Shown: piece by piece, positions 25,061-38,329 of the stretch
Position numbering within the stretch: the stretch's first letter is position 1
Layout: the number at the start of each line of letters is the position of its first letter
Assembly (NCBI GenBank): GCA_951406725.2
Contig: OX597832.1
Coordinates: forward strand, 36,332,001-36,396,000
Length of the DNA: 64,000 bases
Reading direction: 5' to 3'
Source of the DNA: Octopus vulgaris
Taxonomy: Eukaryota
Translations under genes and position numbers: made by a program
The notes under the pieces: generated by a model
Database searches by the model: none
Told to the model about the DNA's origin: nothing
Seen by the model: only the letters and a program-made list of their open reading frames with translations

Positions 25061-26229
25061 TTTGCTGCCTTAATAATGATAATAATAAGGATGATAATAA
25101 CAATAGTGATGATGATGATGATGATCACAAAAAACAGGTGTTCCATCATTATCAAGAATGGTCTGTTTTATAATGGTTTCTGTCAAAAGATGTAATATGA
25201 AGAAATCATTTCCAAGACAGAAAAAAAAAGAAGAATTATTTCTTGTGATTAGACTGTTGCTGATAACACCATAAATAGACATTCATCATCTGTGATCTCT
25301 GACCCAAGTAATGATGATATATCAACCTGTTTATCGGTTGTCTGTGTGTCACCATTTGGTTGCAATAACAACAACAACAACAATGATGATGATGATGATA
25401 ATAACAATAATAATGATAATGGTTTCAAATTTTGGTACAACAACAACAAACTAAGAATTTGACAAATGTAGGAAGTTTTAATAAATTCTGTTTTTGTAAC
25501 ATTAAGCACAAATACACACACACATATATAAACACATTTACACACACATATGTATAAACACATTTACACACACACATGTATAAACACATTTACACACACA
25601 CATGTATATATTCATGCATGCATTCATACTTACACACACAATCCACACACGTGCTCACATGTACTAATATTCATACGTGAAAGAAATAGAGACTAAATGT
25701 TGATGATGATGATGATGAAGACATTTATATATATAACTATAAACATGCACAAACATAGATGTGCATGCATATATACACACATTTTGTGTGTGTGTGCATA
25801 CATGTATTTTATATGCGTGTATATTCATGCATACAAACACACAGTTTGTTCATATTTCGTGTATATACATCTTCTCTTCTTAATCCCTCTCACTGCTGTT
25901 TTCCCTCAAACAATTCTATTTGCTGCACCATGAAGAAATATGATTATAAATTATAATTTCAGATTAAGTTTTGGAATATTTAGTTATCTAGGCATTTACG
26001 CATATGTGCGTACGGTTATTTATTTATGCATGTAGGTGTGTATGTATATTTCTCTGTGTGTATATTTAAGTATTTATCCTTATGTAAGGTCACCTATATT
26101 TTTATGTATGATAATGTATTTATCTGTGTTTATAGTATCTCAGTTTCTGAATATTATTATTGGTTGCAAATGAAATCTGGCAAATGGTAGCCCATAATCG
26201 TGTGAAGCATTCAAGTAACAAAGGAGTTC

Positions 26230-26400
26230 TGACAGCCCCTAAGTGCACCAGACAGGGAGGGTTAAAGACCTGAAGATCTGAAACTTTATCCTCCTGGTCA
26301 GATATTGGTAGCACCTAACACCCTTGTCCAGTGGGTCCACAATTGCACCAGCACACCCATGTCTTTTTAGGACTTTGGATCCACAGCTAATGCTTCTATG
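26230..26400 (-). mobile_element. Decayed RTE-clade fragment
   Basis: KGVRCYQYLTRRIKFQIFRSLTLPV resembles the RTE 'W..R.L.R.TK..IF..LV.PV' segment. Confidence 0.5.
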
Positions 26401-26579
26401 AATCACACTGCCAAGATAAGTGAAGGGGTCAATACTTCTATCACTTGCGATAGTTTGTTGTCATCTCTTTATGTGTATATAGCTATCCATTTGTGTAGAA
26501 GGTAGACTCATCTACTTTATGTGTATATAGTCATGTATTTACATGCACAGTCATCTTTTTATGTGTATGTTGTCATCTA

Positions 26580-27144
26580 TCACGTCATCCCATAAGTTCT
26601 GTCCGATTTTACCTTGTTTAAAATTGGATGAAATTTAATAGTATTTTTTAGCGTCTAATGGAATTAAAAATTATTTTTATGCATTTGTGTACATTTAAAC
26701 AAATTAAATATTATTTTACAGAATAATAGAATTAAAATTTCTTTGATTAAAACCCTTTTTAACATGGAAGTATCCAAAGAGCATTTCAGGCACATAAAGC
26801 AAAGATCACATCACAGAAGATCGAAGAGCTTGGTTGGGAAAACATTCCTCATCCACCTTATTCTCCCGACCTTCCTCCTTCAGACTACCATTTGTTTCGT
26901 AGTTTACAGAATCATTTGGGGGACATAACTTTTGCAAGCCAGGAGGAGGTCGAAACTGACATTTCAGAGTTCTTCACTTTGAAACTAAAAGAGTTTTACA
27001 TTGATGGGATTAAAAAGCTTGTAAATAGATGGAAGGAAGTCAAAGATAATCAGGGAAAGTATATTGATTAAATTTCAATTAAATATAACATTTGATGACT
27101 TGTTTTCTTTATTCAAAATCTGGACAGAACTTATGGGATGACCA
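26580..27144 (+). mobile_element. Internally deleted mariner with both TIRs
   Basis: 21-bp IR gtcatcccataagttctgtcc (26584-26604/27122-27142); MEVSKEHFRHI fused to HPPYSPDLPPSDYHLFRSLQNH..GIKKLVNRW. Confidence 0.92.
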
Positions 27145-28214
27145 TATGTGTATATGGTAATATATTTACTTCTATGTATAGTCACTCATTTGTGTGTATA
27201 TGTTTTGCCATATCTTACGCAACCTTACTTTTCTTCCTTTCTCCACTCAGTAGGATTTTCTAGTTCTAAGCATAGGCTTTGTGGTGAGGACACAGGGTGA
27301 GAATTTTAGTATCTGGAGAATATGATAATTCATTGAGAGTAATAGTTGTATAATTATTTGGACATGTGCAAGAGCCTTCTGCTTACAAGCAAACATTCTT
27401 CTTTTTGAGTGCTACCCACTCACCCTTTCCATCCAGTCCTCAACCTTCAGATAGCCACTATCAATGTAGGCACAATGAAAGATAGTTCTGGAAAGATTGT
27501 TGAAATGTTAAAGACCCAGGAAGACTAGGGAGAAAGTAGTGAAGGCTGTGCTCAAGTAGAGCCATCCGTTTCAACAAAAGTGTGGTCCTAAAATCATACG
27601 AGAGCAAAATATACTCGTATTTCACCCCCCACCCCCCTATGTGCTACTAGTTACCTCTTCCTCCTCTTCCTGGAATTACTTCCATTTCAAGTCCATCCTG
27701 CATTTCAATATCATCCCTTCAAACTTTATTTTCCACAAATCACCCCTTTCTCTGTCTCCAGCTATCTCTCCCTTACCCCTCAGATACCCCTGTCAACACC
27801 TGATATAAAGCCACCTCTTTCTTTACTTTCCATTCAGTCAAAGGATCTTTTTCCTTGCCTTACAAGTTGTTCAGCCACCTCACTAGTGGTGCTGGTGTCT
27901 TGAAGCAGCCAGGCATAAAACCCAAGACAGACTCTTCTATGACTCATTGGGTCCTTCAAGACAATCCAAGCCATGACAGCTTTGAAGATGGATTTTAAAG
28001 GATATTATATATATATATATATAGTCTATACTATATATAGTCCAACCCATGCTAGCATGGAGAACGGACGTTAAACGACGATGATATATATATATATATA
28101 TACGTCACTCTGTTGCTTCTGCTGAATATTAATATAAATATACATATGCTCCATATATTGAGTTCTATTTTTTCTTGTTTGCATCATCATATCTACGTGT
28201 GTGTGTGTGTATGC

Positions 28215-28634
28215 TTTTTACCTTTTACTTGTTAGTCATTAGACTGTAGCCATGCTGGAGCACCACCTGGAAGGGTTTTAGTCGAACGAATTAACCCCAG
28301 TACTTTCTTTTTAAAGATTCTTTTGCCAAACCACAAATTTAGGGGGATGCAAACAAACAAACACCGGCTATCAACCAGTGGTGGGAGACAAACACAGACA
28401 CACACACAGAGATACATACATATACACATACTCATACATATGTATATATATATATAGAAATAAATATATACAACAGGCTTCTTCTAGTTTCCATCTTCCC
28501 AGTCCTCCAAAAAGACTTTGGTCAGCTCAGGGCTATAGTAGAAGACACATGCCCAAAGTACCACACAGTGGGACTGAACCCAGAACCATGTAATTGGGAA
28601 GCGAACTTCTTACCACACAGCCATGCCTGCACCC
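28215..28634 (-). mobile_element. SINE-A
   Basis: ttttacttgttagtcatt..catgctggagcacc through to ccatgcctgcacc. Confidence 0.87.
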
Positions 28635-28696
28635 ATACATACAGAGAGAGAGAGAGAGAAATTTGTGAAGTTATGTTATAAGATCTGTATCATTAT

Positions 28697-28814
28697 ACAC
28701 ACACACACACACACATGCACACACACACATGCACACACACACATGCACACACACACATGCACACACACACATGCACACACACACATGCACACACACACAT
28801 GCACACACACATGC
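28697..28814. repeat. (ACACACACATGC)n 12-mer repeat
   Basis: Direct inspection. Confidence 0.9.
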
Positions 28815-29214
28815 ATTCAGATGCCTGTGTTGAATGAAAGAAAAAACTTACATTGTATTTGGATAATTTTCCATAAATTTCGTGCTTCTTTTCTAAAGAT
28901 CCATTTAAAATAACTTCTCTCACTTGGAGGAATTCCTCTTCAGCAAGAAACCACTTGTCTCCGCTTTTTAATTTTTATTTCAGAACATTTTAACATTCAA
29001 ATTATCTCCAAACTTGAATCTACTTAAATGATATCAACTAACTGGATAAATACATGGAATGGTGGTGGTGGGTGAGGAGGAGGAGGGGAGGAGGAGGAGG
29101 AGGAGGATAGGAGGAAGGTGACAATGATAACAATAAGGGTAATGGTTTCAAATTTTGGCACAAGGCCAGCAATTCCAAGAGGCAAGTCAATTACAGCAAC
29201 CATAGTGTTCAATT

Positions 29215-30050
29215 GTTAACCCTGCTTCGGACTGCTTTGACCCCTTTCCCTTACTTGTTGTGTGTCTGTATCATGTCCAGTATCTCTTCATTGTGAATGT
29301 AATTCTTTGATCATTGTACTGGGACACAGATGCATAATCAGAGACAGGTTTGACAATTCCACCCAGTGTTTCATCAGAGTACTCAATTTTAAAGGTAACT
29401 TTTCTGATTGTGAGAATTATTTCTAATATGTCCCGAAGAGCTGAAGAACTTGAACTATCTGACATGATGAGGGAAAATTTAATCTAGTTCCATCTTTTTG
29501 CAAGCAGAAGTATATAATTTTTCTCTGGATTATCTCTTGTGGTAAAGAAAGGCTGTTGGATTTCACAAAATTCTCCCACCTACATTATCTTGTTGTAACT
29601 GTGATGGATATAAAAATTCTGTCTGTTCATTCTGTATTGAAATAAGGTTTGCCTTTATGCAACTGCTGTATGAATAGACCACAATATTTGCAATCATGCA
29701 ATAGTGGCTACTGCTAGTGTTGTTGTTATTGTTGCTGTCCTCTGAATGACTTATTTGAGAATTTGGTGACATTTTCTTCTATCAGTTGTTCATCTTCTTT
29801 TTCCTCCTCTACATTTAGTTGTGTGTTTCGATTTTGTGTTGTTTTTGTAGCTATTGTAGTGTTTTTGCTGTAGAATAATTATCTGTGGTAGCCATTTTGA
29901 ATGCAAAAATGTAAGTAAAATCTTAAAAGTTTGCAACACAACCCTCTTTCTTTCTGTTGTCTACTCCCCAAGTATTGAAGGCAAACCTTCCTTAGGCAAT
30001 TTTGGTAATGTTTGAATAAAATGTGTTTCAAATGAAATGACAAAAATGAT
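29215..30050 (-). mobile_element. Unclassified ancient repeat, copy 2
   Basis: Peptide SQISHSEDSNNNN..MIANIVVYSYSSCIKANL parallels FQISNLEDSDSNKNSNNN..MIPDTVTCSYGSCLKVNL at 20301-20440. Confidence 0.55.
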
Positions 30051-30111
30051 TTCTTTACATAGTGAGAGCTAGATGATACCATGATGATGATGATCATCAT
30101 CATCATCATCA

Positions 30112-30590
30112 TTTCTTTTATTTGCCACAGGAGTATCAGATGAGGGTTTTTATATAAGAAGGATGAGAGGAAAGAATGGGAGAGAAAGAGGAGAGGAAAT
30201 TAAAGTATACATAGTAAACAAAATAAGTGAACACATGGATTATTCTGTCCTCCTGACAAAGGAGAGCCACCAACTAGTGTGAATCAGTAAACCCCAAAGA
30301 TTCAAGGTTGCCCTGACCACATAGGGCACAAGACCTTTCCCAAATGTCCTTCTCCAATCTGCAGGTACATGCTTAGGGTAGTTCCATTCATCCTAACCCT
30401 TTTCTTCCACAATCACAAACCTGAATAGGTCAATGAGGGTTTGACCAAAGAAGGAGAAATCTATACTCAATCACTTCGACTTCATCCTTTACAACAACCA
30501 CTTTTGTCACTGCCACCTGACAGAGGAATACCACCTAAGCTGATTTATTAAGGGTGGACAGTGAAATGATCTTCAAGATGGACTCAGTGG
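30112..30590 (-). mobile_element. Decayed LINE 3' end (possibly L1/Tx1-like)
   Basis: ORF remnant (..VVFLCQVAVTK..GQTLIDLFRF..RVRMNGTTLSMYL) and terminus ctcctgtggcaaataaaagaaa; clade assignment is tentative. Confidence 0.4.
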
Positions 30591-31069
30591 TGGTGGTGGT
30601 GGTGGTGGTGGTGATTTATGCCAGCTTTATTTCATAAAGTTACATTGGTCAAAAATCCATCCAATTCTGAAGAAGCTTAACTCTGCATCTACAAAAATTA
30701 CAACTAAAAAAACTTCACTTCTCAGACATGCACACCACATATATAAAGTTATAAGCAGTCCTATATGTACACACATATAGAATATATGAACATATACTTA
30801 CATACACATATGTGTGTGTGTATGTATATATATACACATACACACATGTTTGTGTATGTATGTGTATAAGTACATATGCATCTGCTTTGATAGATAAATA
30901 TGCATTCTCACACAAACACACATAATAAATCACATTTCTTAGATTCACCATTTCCTTTGAGTTTCTTCGTGGAATCACAGACACCATTTTGAAAAATGAA
31001 TTGTTTCTTTATGTATTTAAAGCAATTCCTTAATGGATAAATTGTTAACCAGGAACTTTACTCATATCG

Positions 31070-32020
31070 TAAATCATGTTGTAGCTTATGATGTCATTGT
31101 GTCTGATGTTGTTATGTGTCATACCAAGACATAAGATGTTATTATATAAAATGTCATTGTGTATGATGTCATAGTATTATCATATCATACCATCTGATGT
31201 CATTGGTATAATGCTATGATGTCACAGTATTATTTTATGATAGCATCTGATGTCATTATTTAACATATATGGCATCTGCTGTTGTTCTATATGACATCAT
31301 AGTATATCATGTCAAAGGATATGATGTCACAGTGCACTGTGTCATAGCATATGATACCATAGTGTATGATGAGATAGTTATATGATGGCATAGTCTATGA
31401 TGTCATTGTGTATGATGTCACAATGTATTGTATCACAGCATATGGTACCAAAGTGTATGATGCTATCAGAGTTTGATTTGTTTGTACCTAATGTCATGAT
31501 ATATCTTGTCACAGTATATGATGTTAAAATGTATGATCTCAGGATTTTTGATGTCATGGCATATGTCATCACATGTAGTATCATAGTGTGTCATTTAATA
31601 GTGCAAGATGGCGTTATGTATATAATGCCATACAACACTGCAACACAATGCCACAGTATATGGTTATCATTGCCTATGATGTCCATAGTGTATGATATTA
31701 TAATTGACGATACAACAGCATGTGGTATGGTGTATAATGTAATATGATATAGTATGATAGCATGATATCCCATGATATGTAATAGCATATGGCATATTGA
31801 TATATAATATCACTGTGTATGATGTAATAATGAATGACAGCAAGGCACATATGATATCATAGTGAATATGGCAAGGTACATAAAATATCACAGTGAATGA
31901 TGGCAAGGTACATACGACGCCATAGGGAATGATGACAAGGTAGATACAATGTCATAGTGAATAATAGCAAGGTGTATATAGTGTCATTGTGAATGATGGT
32001 AAGGGACATTTGATGCTATA
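31070..32020. repeat. Degenerate 15-bp satellite (tatgatgtcatagtg) ending in six 32-bp units
   Basis: caagg/taagg at 31841, 31872, 31904, 31936, 31968, 32000. Confidence 0.8.
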
Positions 32021-32588
32021 TAAATGCAGGATTGCTATTTCTTACAATTTCTGGCTTTAGGCAAATTGTTCATATTTCTTATTCAGAAGTTTGAGAAGGA
32101 AGAGAAGAACTTTTCCTATCTGTTAAGCTTTTTTTTTTTCCTCTCAGAAAGAAGGATGCCGATGGTAGTGTGGGATAAGTATAGCTTCTGTTCACTTTGA
32201 ATTATTGAAAATTAATGAATTGGGAGAAATTGAGGATAGTGGAAAATTCCCAATGGACTCAACGTTTGGAAAAGAATGATTAGAAGAGGTCTGTGGTTTT
32301 GGAGAACAATGGAAGGAAGATGAGGAGTTGAGTGTGAGGAATGGTACTGAGTCAGTGAAGCAGAGTATATCCTCCTATGATATCATACACAATGACATCG
32401 TTGATCAGGAAGTCATAAACTATGATAGTTTATAGAGTCATGTTCTATAGCATCATACATGATAACACAATACAATAGGATGTCACATGAAGTGTCAATG
32501 GAATAAACAGAGAGGTCATGGTTGGAAGTTCAGTGACTGATTGTAATGTATTGATGAGTAAAGAATTATTTGTTAGAATAATGTTTAA

Positions 32589-32801
32589 TCCTTCAGCATT
32601 TAAACCAGTCATAACTGGCCCAAATATTCTGCTTGTTTTATATTCAAACTGGCCACATCTGACCTAACAAACCTACCCAGCAATGCCATTCTAAAAATAA
32701 GCAATCACATCATGAAAATCTCAAAGCAACAAGATAATGCATGATTAAATTAAACCAATGAGAGTAAATAAACATTACTGAATAATCTGAATGCTACAGG
32801 G
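32589..32801 (+). mobile_element. TTAA-flanked MITE (piggyBac-like ends)
   Basis: ttaa|tccttcagcatt...aatgctacaggg|ttaa; strand is arbitrary. Confidence 0.8.
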
Positions 32802-32830
32802 TTAAGAGGAATGAGTTTTTGAGTATGTGT

Positions 32831-32900
<70 letters not shown>

Positions 32901-32933
32901 ATGTGCACGTTTGTGTGTATGTATCTATATGTA

Positions 32934-33210
32934 TCATCATCATTATCATCATCAACATTTAACGTCCATTTCCCATGCTGGCATGGGTTGGATGGCTTGA
33001 CAGATTTCACAGCTTATTTTGGCTTGGTTTCTATGACTGGATGCCCTTCCTAATGCCAACCACTCCACAGAGTATACTGGATGCTTTTTACATGGCACCA
33101 CCACCCACACTCAGGTTTTTTTATGTAGCAACTTGGTTTTAGGATCTCAATGTGGTAGGTGGGTCTTCTTAAGTCTCAATTCTGTTATGGTGGGCAGATC
33201 TCCTTGAGAC
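32934..33210 (-). mobile_element. RTE-D-type 3' tail
   Basis: catcatc..tttaacgtccatttcccatgctggcatgggttgg..ggatgcccttcctaatgccaacc. Confidence 0.85.
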
Positions 33211-33419
33211 CCATATATGTGTATGCAAATAAAAAATATCATAGCTGTCATTTGCAAGCAAGTATGAATTAGTAGTTATCTACTATACTTTCAGTAATTA
33301 CCTTTGGTACCTGTTTAGCCATGAGCAGACATGGTCCCCTACTTGATCCCCTCACTGTCACCACCATCCTCAATCCAAAGAAATGTCTTGAATGTGAGAA
33401 CTAGAGGGAGAGAGGACTG

Positions 33420-33566
33420 CACCAGCACTAAACTGGTATTCATTTTCAGCTGAATAGTCTGGAGCAACATGAAATGAAATGGCTTAGCCACAATAGGTTA
33501 CTAGGTCAAGGACTCAAACTCACAACCTTATAATCATGAGCCCAAAATCCTAGCCACTAGGCCACC
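33420..33566 (-). mobile_element. SINE-C head fragment
   Basis: cagctgaatagtctggagcaacatgaaat..actcacaacctta..tagccactaggcca. Confidence 0.7.
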
Positions 33567-33598
33567 CCTGCACACACAAACACACACACACACACATA

Positions 33599-33655
<57 letters not shown>

Positions 33656-33732
33656 GCACATTATGCACAACACAGTCCAGATCAGAATAACTGATATATA
33701 TTTAAATATTACAGAGATTTACTGTGTGTTAA

Positions 33733-33951
33733 CCCTTTAGTGTTCAGATTATTCAATCAAACATAATGCCTATTGATTCCCATTGATTTCATTTAATCAT
33801 GCATTATCTCATAGCTTCAAGATCTTGATGGTGTAATTACCTAATGTAGAATAACATTGTAGGGTAGGTGTGAGAGCCTGGATCTGGTCAGTTTGAACAT
33901 AAAACAGATTAACTATTTTGGCCGGATATGGCCGGTTTAAATACTAAAGGG
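33733..33951 (-). mobile_element. TTAA-flanked MITE, inverted copy of 32589-32801
   Basis: ttaa|ccctttagt...actaaaggg|ttaa. Confidence 0.85.
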
Positions 33952-34362
33952 TTAAATAACAGTGTAAACACATTCTGTCTGTACTACTGATGTATGGACG
34001 AAAAAAGGAGAAGGAGTCTCTTGATGGACTGTTTCACAGTTTGTTGATAACTCCTCAGAGAAGACACTATCGGCTTCCTTTTCCAATAAATAGCAAAAAC
34101 AGCTGCTCTATAAAGCAGTCATGAATTAGACTCGCTCCATGGTGGGGATCCTAATCTGCACATTTCATGATTTTAAAGATTTGTCATTAAATAAACAAAA
34201 TGTGATGCTGTTAAATTAATGGTGAATTTCATATGATTTGTACTGTTGGTTGGAGGAGGAAGCTGAGTATGTCTTCTCTGAGTCAACAAACTATAACACA
34301 GGCCTTCAAGAAATTCCTTGTGTCTACATTCTTATTTCAGCTACAGTGAAGCATTGTAGTGA

Positions 34363-34409
<47 letters not shown>

Positions 34410-35077
34410 CTCTTACATATATATATATATATATATATATGTTCTCTTATATATATATATATAAGCACTACCTTACCCCTCTGTCTCTCTGTATACAGAC
34501 ACACACATGCATACACATACACATGTATATAAATGTATGCATGTGCCTGTGTTTACATTTGTTGATATTATGTATGCATTTTGTCCTGATTACATACTTT
34601 CAGGAATCTTGGTAAACATTTAAAGTGTATAATGAGAAAAAGACATTTCAATTTATCAAGCAGCTTTACCATTTCCTTCAATTCCTCAGAGAAAAACCTG
34701 AACTGAAATTATTGATGAAATAATGGAATAAATAGAAGACAAATTGGGAGAAATAAAGAAGAACAATCTGGTCAACAACCATATTAGCATGACAAGGAAT
34801 ATTAGCATCAGATTGCCATTTTATTCACCATCTCAATTATCTTTAACAGCGAATCTATAAAACAGTAAAATTGTTGGTATATTCCAGATATTCCTGTCGA
34901 GAAAAATACACATTGTGCATAAAGATGGTCTGCTGTACCTGGTTACAGCATTTATTCATTAAAGATGTTTAGCTGTTCATATCTTTCGTTGTTTCACTTT
35001 ACCCCGAAATCATTGCACAGTTACCAAATTCTTGCCCCTCTTTCAGTTTCTGTTGACATTTTTAAAATGGCCTCAAA

Positions 35078-35295
35078 TGCAGTGAGCTGGCAGAATTGTT
35101 AGCACACAAGGCAAAATGCTTAGTGGTATTTTGTCCATCTTTAAGTTCTGAGTTTAAATTCTGCCATGGTAAACTTTGCTTCTTATCCTTTTGGGGTCAA
35201 TAAAATAAGTACCAGCTGAGCTGTGGGGCTGATGTAATCAACTTACTCCACTCCCCTAGAAATTGCTGGCCTTGTGCCACAATTTGAAGTCATTG
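35078..35295 (+). mobile_element. SINE-B with 16-bp TSD (a second decayed copy follows at 35318-35500)
   Basis: gagctggcagaattgttagc head; ttaaaatggcctcaaa duplicated at 35062-35077 and 35296-35311. Confidence 0.9.
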
Positions 35296-35599
35296 TTAAA
35301 ATGGCCTCAAAAGTGTCAATGTAGCAGAATTGCTACCATGCTGGACAAAATGCATTGTGGTGTTGTTACCAGATTTAGGTTCTGAGTTCAAATTCCATCA
35401 ACCCTGACTACACCTTTCACCCTCTAAGAGCCAAAAGAATGTATTCAACTCAGCCCTCCCTACAAAATTTCAGATCTTGTACCTGTTGTAGAAAGAATTC
35501 ATCCTCTGGGGCAGAGGATTACTTTGTCTGCCAATGCAGCCAGTGCTTAATGAACACATGATGTCAATATGAAATGATATCTCTGGATGTTAATAGCAG

Positions 35600-35898
35600 T
35601 GAAGGCACATGGCTTAGTGGTTAAGGTATTTAGCACACAATCATAAGGTCATGAGTTCAGTTCCTGGCAGCATATTGAGTCCTTGAACAAGACACTCTAT
35701 TTCATGTTGCTCCAGTCCACTCAGCTGGCAAAAATGAGTTGTACCCGTAATTACAAAGGGACCAGCCTTGTCCCATTCTGTGTCATGCTGAATCTCCCTG
35801 AGAACTACATGAAGGTTAAATGTGTCTGTGGAGTGCTCAGCCACTTGCGCACTAGTTTCACAAGCAGGCTGTTCTATTGATCAGATTAACAGAAACCC
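35600..35898 (+). mobile_element. SINE-C, full length
   Basis: A box tggcttagtgg, B box gagttcagttcc, then gtccttgaacaagacact and ccactcagctggcaaaaatgagt. Confidence 0.9.
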
Positions 35899-37099
35899 AA
35901 TTATTCTAGATGCACTAATTATTATTAAAATAATCTCTGTCCCCTGAAACTGATGACTTCCCTACCCAAATACACATCTGCACCAACCTCCAGTGTATCT
36001 TACATGTGACAGACAAGGAATATTATCTGTGGCAGTCCAGCGATGATGTTTTGACCAAAAGACCTAAAGACCTGACTACAATTTAAGAGGTCATAGGACT
36101 TTCAGACCGTGCTATACACAATGGCATCATTTGTTTTTCATTGAAGAAATTGTAATAATGGTGGAATACGTCTGTATTAGTATTTATTCCATTAGTTCAT
36201 GAATAATTTTGGTCCATGTTTTACTCTGAGAAATTCAAGGAAATAGTAAAATTGTTTGATAAATTGAAATTTTTTCTTCTCATGTCACACTTTAAATGAA
36301 GTTTACTCAAAGAAAGTGTAATTAGAACAAAAATGCAAACATACCATAAACACACACATACATATCATCAACACATACATACACACCATGAACACACACA
36401 TAGATACTGTAATTAGTGTTCTTTATGTATGTAGTAAAAACCAGCGAAAGGAGAAGTGATAGAAGGGTGTATATTGAATGTAGGCATGAATGGGGGAATG
36501 CATCATTTGACCTTTGTTAAGTGATGCATTTGTTATTGGTGTGATTAAGTGAAGACAGCAATTGGTGCAAGCATTGAAAGATGACTAAAACACTCTGTGA
36601 CTGCACCAGGTGCTTCAGTGGAGGTGCAGTGTGAGACATCAGCGATTATTTGTCGAGAAAGAGGCAAACAGAGAGAGATAAATACAACTAGTTGAGGGAG
36701 TTTGCACAAGAGTACAGGTAAAAAGAGTAACTGAGATTGATTTTCGATGGAAGACAATCCAGTGGATTGTTTATGAGTGGAGAAATAGAGAATTTGAGTC
36801 TGATTAGCTGAAAGTGTCAGAGGTGATGGGGAGGGAAAGAGAAAGAGAGCGGGTGATGTCTATGAAAGAAGTCAGAATATAAAGGTGTAGCATGGACAGC
36901 ATAGACAGGCTACAGAACAACAAAATATCTGGCAGTATATAGTTTTGAACCTTGCTATTCTGAGTTCACATCCCATCAAGGTCAATTCTGTCATTCATCC
37001 TTCATCCTGATCATCAACCTCTGGACAATACTGTTTCGAGTCCTTAGACTCACAGGATGGGTTATCTGGTTTCCTTGTTGTATAACTGAGTGACATCTC

Positions 37100-37283
37100 A
37101 TCATCACTCCAGAACAGAATGCCAGTCCATTGCAGAGATACTCATTAACAGCTGAGTGAACTGGAGCAATGTAAAATAAAGTATTCTGCACAAGAATACA
37201 CTGCATCACCTCCTTCAGGAATCGAAACTAAGATGTTGTGATCAAGTGTGCAACACCCTAACCACTTTGCCAGGCCCCTTCAC
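37100..37283 (-). mobile_element. SINE-C-related copy
   Basis: cagctgagtgaactggagcaa..ggaatcgaaac..ccctaaccact. Confidence 0.7.
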
Positions 37284-38329
37284 TTTCATTTATCTTTCCT
37301 GAATCAATATTATAAAGTAGCACTCAGAGACTAGAGTCAATAGACTCAACTAATACTAGTGTCTTCCAAGACGTTCTTCAACTATGAAAATACGAAAATA
37401 TGTGGCTAAGAATCCCAGCTAGATTTTTTCCTGGTCCTGGTTGTGCTTTAAGGAAGGAAGACAGTGTTAACCTCAACAACCAAAGTATTATTAGCTGGAA
37501 GACAATGTCACACAATCTTATACTTAACAGGATACGTAGTGTATTCAATGCAAAATTAACAGAAGTACAAAAGATCTGAGTCTGAAAGAGCAGATATAGG
37601 TGTATCTTCTGTGTGGTCAGGATCAAGGTTAGATCAAAGTCCATCCATGACTATGGATGAAGAATTAGAGCTAATCAGCACTGGATTATCTATCTTTGAA
37701 AAGAAGTAGTAATTAATAGACTAGTGATAGTTAATTATATTTTTCCAACCTGCATTGACTCTGTGGGATTTGAACTCAAAATACCTAGAGACTGAATTTG
37801 AAGCTACCATCTGGACTAACACTTCACCTTTTTTTTTTCTTTTACTTCTTTCATTCACTAGACTATGGCTGTGCTGGGGCACTAACTTGAAGAATATTTT
37901 TCAGACATAAAGTAACCAAGACTACATTATCAACTTTTGAAATTCAGAGAAATCTTTGAAACTGGTTAAGATATGTTCAGCAAGCAGAGTTCCTTAGAGT
38001 ATTTTCAGAAAATTAATGACAATCTTCCAGAATTTATAAGAATTGTGGGGGTTTAACAGTAAATTTATAAACTAAATTAATACGCTTGCAGTGACTATTG
38101 AGTGGACAATTTCCTTTCACTCTAAAATTACACAAATTTTCATAGGATTTGACAAGGAAGAATTCCTAAAGACAGATAAGAAAATTGCTAGTATTGATAT
38201 TAGGAGATATTTTATTATCACTAGCTTTTCTCATACTGGAATGAAGAATCATCTATACTGCATTTATCACTTTGATAATTTGTTAAACTGTCATCAAGAT
38301 TGCTAATATTATCAAGGTAGTGAGCTGGA

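Noticed and set aside
37400-37650. Faint RT-like peptides (RKED..LILNRI); similar faint LINE-like tracts at 32020-32360, 41400-42200 and 60540-60960
   Set aside because: Too decayed to support a call by eye.
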